Shown here: one piece after another, positions 6,376 through 13,823 of the stretch
Position numbering within the stretch: the stretch's first letter is position 1
Layout: the number at the start of each line of letters is the position of its first letter
Assembly (NCBI GenBank): GCA_051382305.1
Contig: JBBCAV010000383.1
Location: forward strand, 1-15,028
Reading direction: 5' to 3'
Length of the DNA: 15,028 bases
Source of the DNA: Bdellovibrionota bacterium FG-2
GTDB taxonomy: Bacteria; Bdellovibrionota; UBA1018
Position numbers and translations under genes: made by a program
The notes under the pieces: model-generated
The model's database searches: none
Told to the model about the DNA's origin: nothing
The model's input: only the letters and a program-made list of their open reading frames with translations

Positions 6376-7901
6376 TGGCTTTAATTGATTATTTTCCAAC
6401 TCTCTTCTGGGTCTTGGGACTGATCGAGTTTCTCTCCATTGTCTTATTTCAGGGCCCTCAATCTCGAACTTCCGGCGTGAGCGTTTGGGTTTCGTTGATT
6501 GTTCTTTCAGCAGCGGTAGTGGGACAGCGACGGGTGCTTCACGAAAGGGTGCGAGCTTCTTTTCGCGACTTCCGCGCGGCTCCATGGTCTTTTCATATTC
6601 TTTTCGTTCTGACGGCAATGATATTTATTCTCTCCGCAGTAGAAGCGCGACTCCCTCCTCATTTGCCCCAGGAGTACGATGCCATTAACTACCACATGGG
6701 ACTGCCGCGGCAGCATCTGATCCAAGGCACTCTCTCCTTTCTCGACTGGTCGACTGCAGACTTGTGGCCGGCTACGGTCCAGTGGGGATTCGCTTCCTCC
6801 TGGTTTTCTGGAGCATTTCCTCAGAAAATCCCTCAGTTTCTTTGTTCTTTTTGGGCTTTTTTAGTCATGGTCCGTCTTGGGCGACGCCTTTTGACGGGAT
6901 CGTTTCTGGGATGGGTTCCGGCCCTGGCTGTTTTTTCCGCGCATGGGGTGGTGATTCAGTTGGGCACGGCCATGTTGGATTTAACCCACCTCTATTTTCT
7001 TCTCGCCGCCATTGACGGTTTTTTGAGCGATAGGAAGGTGTCGGCCGCGCTGAATTTGGCTTTGTTCGCGACACTCAAGGCATTCGGCCCGATCCAAGTG
7101 ATAATTGTTCTAGCTTGTTTTGGGGCGCTTGCAGGATATTCATACCCAAGGCTTTTTCGATCCTGGGCGCGTAAACTTGCTCCAGTTATCGGGTTGGCAG
7201 TTTTGTTTTCGTTGCTCCTACTTTCACGCACTATTTGGGTGGATATGAAGAGGGCGGGGACTCCGTTGTTTCCCCTTGCTACTTGCCTTGTTTCCAGCGT
7301 TTCAGGTTGTTCCGGGTGGGAAGGCGTAGCCATTAGGAAAAGCTCGCAACAGCTATTTGTCGCGGCGAATGGATACGGGATGGGCCGGGGCATCGGTTCT
7401 TTCCTTAATCATCTGTGGCGGGTCGCGGTTCCGGGCGGCGGCGTGAACAACAGCTACGATTATCCTCTTGGGTTGCCCTGGCTGCTTTGGTGTCTTTTTT
7501 TCGTTTTCTCGTTACCTGAAATTTTTCGATCACGTCGCGTTCCAGTCTTTATAGCGCTGTCTGCCTCATTTTGGCTCGTTTGGTGGTTGGGCAGTCAACA
7601 ATCCAGGTGGCTGTATCCAGTGTTGGCGCTAGGATGGCTTGGGACGCTCGAAATCCAGAAGCGAGTCAGGGCCCATGTCTTGTGTATCTGCTTGGTAATC
7701 AGTGCTAGTTTTTCGCTTATCTCTCATTATCGGGCCTTTCGGGCGGATATTTGGAAATCTCCTTCGGAGATCTACGAGCAACAGGTCAAGTCGTTGAAAT
7801 GGGATGCGACAGGAAAGGTGCCTTTGAGTAAGGAAATGCTTTACGTTGATCGTCCGGTAACTGACCACAAACCTGAAAGTCTAATCTGGATTCTGCGATA
7901 G
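6372..7901 (+). CDS. Polytopic membrane protein, probable GT-C (ArnT/PMT-like) lipid-linked-sugar glycosyltransferase
   Basis: Many hydrophobic segments; first large loop PQEYDAINYHMGLP (DxxxYH), MLDL and TLK motifs at helix ends, GTPLFP loop, and late QQSRWLYP (RxLxP), an arrangement typical of GT-C-like proteins. Confidence 0.72.
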   Translation: MMALIDYFPTLFWVLGLIEFLSIVLFQGPQSRTSGVSVWVSLIVLSAAVVGQRRVLHERVRASFRDFRAAPWSFHILFVLTAMIFILSAVEARLPPHLPQEYDAINYHMGLPRQHLIQGTLSFLDWSTADLWPATVQWGFASSWFSGAFPQKIPQFLCSFWAFLVMVRLGRRLLTGSFLGWVPALAVFSAHGVVIQLGTAMLDLTHLYFLLAAIDGFLSDRKVSAALNLALFATLKAFGPIQVIIVLACFGALAGYSYPRLFRSWARKLAPVIGLAVLFSLLLLSRTIWVDMKRAGTPLFPLATCLVSSVSGCSGWEGVAIRKSSQQLFVAANGYGMGRGIGSFLNHLWRVAVPGGGVNNSYDYPLGLPWLLWCLFFVFSLPEIFRSRRVPVFIALSASFWLVWWLGSQQSRWLYPVLALGWLGTLEIQKRVRAHVLCICLVISASFSLISHYRAFRADIWKSPSEIYEQQVKSLKWDATGKVPLSKEMLYVDRPVTDHKPESLIWILR

Positions 7902-9467
7902 AGTCTCTTGGTCGAGTTTCGTCCCTTGCGCTCGGACCTCGAAGGTAAGAGCTGGCGGGCGTTCGGCCGACACCGTCAGGTCGAAGAAATCTTGCTTCTT
8001 GAAGCCCATCCAATCCCTTTTGACCTCGCCGCGGGCACCCAGTTTCCACCGCAAGACGATGTAACAGAAGGCTAGGAACAGATCTCTGATATGAGAAAAT
8101 CGGCTGATCTTTGTTATTCGCCGCCAGACTGCGATTGGTCGTAGATAGTATTGGCGATGAGCTTGCGAATAGAATCGTTCAATTTGCTCACGACTGACTG
8201 TCGGGAGCTGCATGATTGGGGTTGAGAGTTCGAAATCGCTCCATTCTTCTGAGAGAAGGAAGTTGTTGGTTTTCGCCCAATGGAACAGCTGTGTGCCGGG
8301 ATATGGAGTGCAAATGTTGTATAGAGCGATATCTGGGTCGAGCTCCATGCTAAAATCGATGGTTTTCTGCATCGACTCGGTGGTCTCGCCCTGATTCCCA
8401 AAAATAAATGCGGCTCGCGAATCGATTCCGACTCTTCGCGCAATTTCGATTGTTGCTCTGATCCGATCGAACTCGATCGGTTTTTTGATATTACGCAAGA
8501 TTTGTTCGTCGCCAGATTCAACGCCAATGAGAACTTGGTGGCATCCCGCTCGCTTCATGGCTCTCGCCATTTCCTCGCTGAAGCAGTCGGCTCGCACAAA
8601 GGCCACCCAAGAAACCCCCAAATTCGCTGTTTCCATCAGCTCACAGAACTTGAGAACATTCTTCTTCACCACTGTGAAAGTATCGTCGTAAAACTGAATC
8701 TCCCGGATGCCGTAGGTCTTCTTGAGATGTTTGATTTCTTCTACAACATGTTCGGCGCTGCGAGTGCGAACCGCAGTCCTGGCAGAATTGCAGAACGTGC
8801 ATTTGCCTGGGCAACCGCGGGTCATTAGCATGTTGATTGCGGGTAGGTGTTTATAGGCACCAATTGCGGGATAATATTTTTCCATCGGTACTAGGTGGTA
8901 GGCGGGGAACGGGTACTGATCAAGATTTGAATCGACTGTTGCGCAGGGATTGTGGATTACATTTAACCCTTGGCGGAAGGAGATTCCTGAGATGGTCCCG
9001 AACGGCTCATTTCTGACCAAGGAGAGGAACGGTTCTTCTCCGTCGCCACGCACCACCACGTCGACGGCGGAGTTACACAGTGTTTCAGCGGGTACTGCCT
9101 CGGGGTGAACGCCCCCAAAGACAACTAGGCACCCCGGAACGGTTTCCTTTACGATGCGGGCGATCTGATTTGCGGCGTTCGCTGTCGCGGTCATGACGCT
9201 GATGCCGACAATGCGCGGCTGCGCTGCAAGAATCTGCTTGGAAAGCTGAGCAACAGAGAGCTTTTCTACGTGCACGTCGATAACGGCGACCTTATGCCCT
9301 TTGGACTCGATATACGCGGCAACGCTGAGTAATCCGAGGGGGGGCATCGCGGATTTTACCCCGTGCCAGATGTTCTCGTCCTTCGATATCCACGGAGGAT
9401 TGATCATAAGCACTTCGGTTGTCTCGTTCGGAGTTGGTTGCATCCAGAATTGAAGTATCCTGGTCAT
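7881..9467 (-). CDS. Cobalamin (B12)-binding radical SAM protein (class B methyltransferase-like)
   Basis: N-terminal B12-binding domain (LMINPP, PPLGLLSVAAY, VFGGVHP, VVVRGDGEE); CxxxCxxC in TRGCPGKCTFC; FYDDTF, IGVESG, FIFG..GET, TPYPGT. Start could be 9470, 9467 or 9443. Confidence 0.93.
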   Translation of the reverse strand: MTRILQFWMQPTPNETTEVLMINPPWISKDENIWHGVKSAMPPLGLLSVAAYIESKGHKVAVIDVHVEKLSVAQLSKQILAAQPRIVGISVMTATANAANQIARIVKETVPGCLVVFGGVHPEAVPAETLCNSAVDVVVRGDGEEPFLSLVRNEPFGTISGISFRQGLNVIHNPCATVDSNLDQYPFPAYHLVPMEKYYPAIGAYKHLPAINMLMTRGCPGKCTFCNSARTAVRTRSAEHVVEEIKHLKKTYGIREIQFYDDTFTVVKKNVLKFCELMETANLGVSWVAFVRADCFSEEMARAMKRAGCHQVLIGVESGDEQILRNIKKPIEFDRIRATIEIARRVGIDSRAAFIFGNQGETTESMQKTIDFSMELDPDIALYNICTPYPGTQLFHWAKTNNFLLSEEWSDFELSTPIMQLPTVSREQIERFYSQAHRQYYLRPIAVWRRITKISRFSHIRDLFLAFCYIVLRWKLGARGEVKRDWMGFKKQDFFDLTVSAERPPALTFEVRAQGTKLDQETLSQNPD

Positions 9468-9712
9468 CAAAAAGAGACAACCCCAAATTGAATCGTGCGA
9501 GTTTCTTTCGCAATCGAAACTGTTCTGAGGTAAGCAGTCTAAAGAACAGACAAATCGCGGGCGGAGATTGGAAAATCAGTGGCAGATAGTCTATCGCAAT
9601 TTTATCTTTGTTCCTTTTTGGTAGCTTGCCTCATTATCCCGGGTGTCGCCTTAAAAAAACTTCGTGTTCAACCCGTTTCTTTTGGAATTAGTGCATGGTA
9701 TTGGTGGAGTTG

Positions 9713-10705
9713 ATGACAACTAAGACTGAGAAGAAAATTCTGATAACTGGAGCAGCCGGTTTTATTGCGGGTCATACGGCTCTTAAATTTTTTGAAAATG
9801 GTCTTTCGGTGATTGGAGTTGACAATTTTGACCCATTTTATGCAAGAAAAGACAAAGAAGCCAATCTTGTGGAGCTGGAGAAAGCGGCCATAAGATTCGG
9901 TGTGGGATTTCAGTTTTTTGAACAAGATATTGTAGATCTCCAGGCGGACTTTTTGAGAGATGAAAACATAGATGCTGTAGTACATTTAGCCGCGAAGGCA
10001 GGCGTTCGCCCGTCTTTAGAAGATCCTGAAGCATACTTAAACGTGAATATTTTGGGAACTACACGATTACTGGAGTTCTGTAAGAAAAAGGGGATTTCCA
10101 AGTTTCTGTTCGGATCCTCATCCTCGGTTTATGGAAATGATACTCCAGTTCCTTTTTCAGAAACGGCTCCAGCGAGTTGCCCCATCTCTCCGTATGGCGC
10201 TAGCAAACGCGCAGGAGAGCTTTACTGTAGTACTTATTCGACTTTGTATCGAATCACTACCCCTGTCTTGAGATTCTTTACTGTCTATGGACCCAGGCAG
10301 CGCCCTGATTTAGCAATTCGCAAGTTTTGCACTTTGATCACGAGTGGACAACCTATCCCGCTTTACGGGGATGGGAGAACTCAGCGAGATTATACTTATG
10401 TTTCGGACATTGCGGCAGGCGTTTTTTCTGCCTATTCTTGGTGTGAAAAAGTTCCCCAGGGGAGTTTTGAGATCTTTAATCTAGGCGGGGCGAAAACCAC
10501 TTCCTTATTACAGCTCGTACGATATTTAGAAAAAGCTTTGGGGAAAGAAGCTAAGATTGATTGGCTTCCTGCGCAATCTGGGGACGTAGAACGGACATTT
10601 TCAGATATATCAAAAGCAAGCCGGATTCTCGGGTACGCGCCAGAAACTTCGATTGAGGAAGGCATCCCAAAGTTTGTGAAATGGTTTTTGAATGCTAACC
10701 CTTGA
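9713..10705 (+). CDS. NAD-dependent epimerase (extended SDR), UDP-glucuronate/UDP-HexNAcA 4-epimerase-like
   Basis: ILITGAAGFIAGH nucleotide-binding motif, HLAAKAGVRPS, SSSSVYG, YGASK (YxxxK), RFFTVYGPRQRPDLA, RDYTYVSDI. GGAG at 9706-9709 lies just before ATG 9713; ATG 9695 is an alternative start. Confidence 0.92.
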   Translation: MTTKTEKKILITGAAGFIAGHTALKFFENGLSVIGVDNFDPFYARKDKEANLVELEKAAIRFGVGFQFFEQDIVDLQADFLRDENIDAVVHLAAKAGVRPSLEDPEAYLNVNILGTTRLLEFCKKKGISKFLFGSSSSVYGNDTPVPFSETAPASCPISPYGASKRAGELYCSTYSTLYRITTPVLRFFTVYGPRQRPDLAIRKFCTLITSGQPIPLYGDGRTQRDYTYVSDIAAGVFSAYSWCEKVPQGSFEIFNLGGAKTTSLLQLVRYLEKALGKEAKIDWLPAQSGDVERTFSDISKASRILGYAPETSIEEGIPKFVKWFLNANP

Positions 10706-10714
10706 GATTTTGGC

Positions 10715-12547
10715 ATGTGCGGCATAGTAGGATTCGTCGGACAAGAAAATAGTGAACTCATTCGAAAGATGAATGGGAGCCAGATTCATCGTGGCCCCGA
10801 TGAAGAGGGTTACTTTGCCAGTCGATATCACCCCGTCACCTTCGCTATGCGAAGATTGAGTATTTTGGATATAGCTGGTGGGCATCAGCCCATGGAGACT
10901 TCGGATGGTCGCTTTTGTATTGTTTACAATGGTGAAATCTTTAATGCGCCTGAGTTACGAGAGGAGCTTCTCCGTGAAGGCGTAAAGTTCCAGACAGATC
11001 ATTCTGACACCGAAACTATTTTGCAAATGTACGCCACTTATGGACAGTCCGTGGTTCACCGGTTGAACGGGATGTTTGCTTTTGTAATTTATGATCGTGA
11101 CCGGCAAATATTGTTTGGAGCGAGAGATCGTTTTGGGATCAAACCATTTTATTATACCCAATGCCACGGACGTTTCGCATTCGCGTCAGAATTGAAAAGC
11201 CTATTAGAGATCCCATGGGTTGAGAAGCGTCTGAGTCCACAAGCGGTTTATGACTATTTTAGTTTTCAAAGCATCCCTGCTCCGCAAAGTATTTTTCAAG
11301 GGATCTCAAAACTTCCAGCAGCGACACAATTTGAGTTAAAACTCATGACAATGGAATTGAATCTTCAACGGTATTGGCGGCCCCAATTTTCATCCAGAGT
11401 TGCTCTGCCTGCAGAGGAATTGCCCGGTTTAGTTTTGAGAAATCTGACCTCGGCAGTGAAACGTTGGACCTTGAGTGATGTTCCAATCGCCTGTTCGCTT
11501 TCTGGTGGGATTGACTCCTCTGCTATCGTAGGTATTCTAGCAAACGCCGGTTTTGTAGGTCTAAGTACCTTTTCTTTGGGATTCAAGGGGGCAAGCGCTG
11601 ACCTCGATGAAACTCATCTTGCAAGATTGGTCGCTCAAAAGTGGGGCACTAGACATCATGAGATCATTATTGACCCTGAGGATCTTCTTAGTGATCTAGA
11701 TTCTATGATTGTTGCACTTGATGAACCTTATGGAGGCGGCTTGCCTTCGTGGTTTGTGTTTAAGGCGATGGCCAAGAAAGTCAAAGTTGCACTGACTGGA
11801 ACAGGAGGGGATGAGTTATTTGGGAATTATGGAAAATGGCTTCCCTATTTTTATAGGCGAAATCGTTTAAAGCGACTGTTTAGGAATATTGGTGATGGTC
11901 ATCATCCTTTAGATTCGATCAAGTACCCTCAAGGCTATTTTTATCATATTTATTACAGAGATTATTTCAAAAGAACGAGGATGTTTTCCGAGGCTTTTTT
12001 GCAACAGCCGATTCGATCATCTGAGGGTCTTATTGAAGAATATTGGTACGGGTCTGGTGAGCAGGACGTAAGAAACATTATCCCGAGTATTGATTTGCAG
12101 ATACAACTCCCAGATGAATTTCTTCAAATGACTGATCGGTTTTCTATGGCGCACTCTTTAGAGGCTCGAACACCGTTTTTGGATCACGAATTCGCCGATT
12201 TTGTGTTTCAAATTCCGGCTCACTTGCGTACTGATCCAAAAATTCTAAAGAATCTCCTGATCTCTGCAGTTTCTTCTCTTCTTCCTGAGGAGCTTCTTTC
12301 GTCTAAAAAGCGGGGTTTTGTTCTGCCGATTGATGACTGGCTAAAAAATAGGCTTCGCGAAAGTGTCAGTTATTATTTAAGCCCTGCTTATCTTCGAAAA
12401 CAGGGGATTTTTCGTGATGAGGTTGGGGAGAGGTTGTTTTCAAGTTATTTAGGTGGTCGAAAGGAACTTTCTGAAAGGATTTGGACTTTCTATATGTTTC
12501 AGCTCTGGTATGAGAAGAATGTAGAGCGGAAAGAACTTATTGCATGA
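10715..12547 (+). CDS. asnB: Asparagine synthase (glutamine-hydrolysing) family amidotransferase, probably glycan/uronate amidating (WbpS-like)
   Basis: N-terminal nucleophile MCGIVG, HRGPD, RRLSILD, NGEIFN, SDTE, ARDRFGIKP, LSGGIDSS (PP-loop), TGTGGDELFGNY, DRFSMAHSLEARTPFLD, KKRGF. Confidence 0.95.
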   Translation: MCGIVGFVGQENSELIRKMNGSQIHRGPDEEGYFASRYHPVTFAMRRLSILDIAGGHQPMETSDGRFCIVYNGEIFNAPELREELLREGVKFQTDHSDTETILQMYATYGQSVVHRLNGMFAFVIYDRDRQILFGARDRFGIKPFYYTQCHGRFAFASELKSLLEIPWVEKRLSPQAVYDYFSFQSIPAPQSIFQGISKLPAATQFELKLMTMELNLQRYWRPQFSSRVALPAEELPGLVLRNLTSAVKRWTLSDVPIACSLSGGIDSSAIVGILANAGFVGLSTFSLGFKGASADLDETHLARLVAQKWGTRHHEIIIDPEDLLSDLDSMIVALDEPYGGGLPSWFVFKAMAKKVKVALTGTGGDELFGNYGKWLPYFYRRNRLKRLFRNIGDGHHPLDSIKYPQGYFYHIYYRDYFKRTRMFSEAFLQQPIRSSEGLIEEYWYGSGEQDVRNIIPSIDLQIQLPDEFLQMTDRFSMAHSLEARTPFLDHEFADFVFQIPAHLRTDPKILKNLLISAVSSLLPEELLSSKKRGFVLPIDDWLKNRLRESVSYYLSPAYLRKQGIFRDEVGERLFSSYLGGRKELSERIWTFYMFQLWYEKNVERKELIA

Positions 12548-12554
12548 GTATTGT

Positions 12555-13814
12555 ATGAATGTGAAGGTACTGCATTTAGCCAAGGCGGACGATGACGGAG
12601 GAGCTGCTAAAGCGGCCTATCGAATACATCGCGGCCTTGTGAATTTTGGGATAAATTCACGAATGTTAGTGGGATGCAAGTCGACTGATGATCCACGTGT
12701 ACTCGGTCCAAGAAGTCTTGCGGGGAAGTTATGGGGTCGAATCGTTCCACACTTAGATGCCTTCGTAACGCGTTTTTTGACTACCAGAAATACTTCTTTG
12801 CATTCTCCTTCGATCTTTGGCTCGTTTGCTGTTCAAAGAATTCGGAAGGTGAATCCAGATATTATCAATTTGCATTGGGTTTGCGGAGGGTTTCTTCGTC
12901 CAGAATCATTTTGTAAATTTGGTGTGCCACTGGTTTGGAGATTGGCTGATATGTGGGCCTTCTCGGGTGCTGAGCACTACGTTGGAATTTCGGTGCGGTA
13001 TCAAGCGGGATATCTGCCGAATAATCGAGATCCTGGGGAATCTGGATTTGATCTCAACAGGTGGGTGTGGGAGAGAAAACTCAAGTCTTGGGAAAAGGTA
13101 CCAAATTTGACCCTCGTTGCGCCGAGCAATTGGATGGCCAAGTGTGCGCGTAAAAGTGTACTTTTCAAGGATCGAAGAATCGAAGTGATTCATACTGGTC
13201 AGAATCTGGATTTATTTAAGCCTCGTGATCGCATGTTTTCAAGAGACTTATTTGGATTACCGCAAAATAAGAAGATCATCCTTTTTGGCTCTATGTCTCC
13301 CGCTGGAGATCCAAGAAAAGGGTTTGAGTACCTGCAGGCAGCTTTGCGAGAACTCTCCAAGGCGGGATGGAGTGATGTCGCGGAGATTGCTATATTTGGG
13401 GCTTCGCGTCCAACAAGTCCGCCCGATTTTGGATTCAAGACTCATTACATTGGAAAATTGCAGGATGATGCGAGTCTTGCGGTGCTCTATCCTGCCGCAG
13501 ATGTTTTTGTGGCGCCGTCTATTGAGGAGAATTTAGCTAATACGGTAATTGAAGCTATAGCCTGTGGTGTTCCCACTGTTTGTTTTGATGTGGGTGGGAT
13601 GCCCGATGCGATTATTCATCGCAAAAACGGTTATTTGGCTGAATGTTTTGATTCGAAAGATCTCGCAAATGGGATTAGCTGGATTCTAGAGGATAAAGAG
13701 CGTTGGCAAGATTGTTCAAAAGCGGCAAGGCTTCATGCTGAGAAAATGTTTTGTGAGAAGCGCCAAGCGCAAGAGTTTATCCGTCTTTATGAGTCAATAC
13801 TTAAAAACAAGTAA
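12555..13814 (+). CDS. GT4-family glycosyltransferase (WcaC-like)
   Basis: GGAAKAAYRIHRGL, DIINLHW, DMWAFSG, VAPSNWM, DPRKGF, APSIEENLANTVIEAIACGVP (ExxxxxxxE), DVGGMPD, NGYLA. ATG 12555 is preferred over TTG 12540. Confidence 0.93.
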   Translation: MNVKVLHLAKADDDGGAAKAAYRIHRGLVNFGINSRMLVGCKSTDDPRVLGPRSLAGKLWGRIVPHLDAFVTRFLTTRNTSLHSPSIFGSFAVQRIRKVNPDIINLHWVCGGFLRPESFCKFGVPLVWRLADMWAFSGAEHYVGISVRYQAGYLPNNRDPGESGFDLNRWVWERKLKSWEKVPNLTLVAPSNWMAKCARKSVLFKDRRIEVIHTGQNLDLFKPRDRMFSRDLFGLPQNKKIILFGSMSPAGDPRKGFEYLQAALRELSKAGWSDVAEIAIFGASRPTSPPDFGFKTHYIGKLQDDASLAVLYPAADVFVAPSIEENLANTVIEAIACGVPTVCFDVGGMPDAIIHRKNGYLAECFDSKDLANGISWILEDKERWQDCSKAARLHAEKMFCEKRQAQEFIRLYESILKNK

Positions 13815-13823
13815 ACCGAAGGT

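Noticed and set aside
9338..9344. G7/C7 tract near the 5' end of the radical SAM gene
   Set aside because: Encodes the conserved PPLG motif of the B12 domain and the frame is intact.
9618..9626. TTGGTAGCT resembling the first half of a JUMPstart element; also GGCGGCAAG near 1095
   Set aside because: No GGCGGTAG ops core follows; the matches are too short.
9740..9775. Epimerase GAAGFIA instead of GxxGxxG
   Set aside because: Ala at the last position is a tolerated variant; other catalytic motifs are intact, so it is not a pseudogene.
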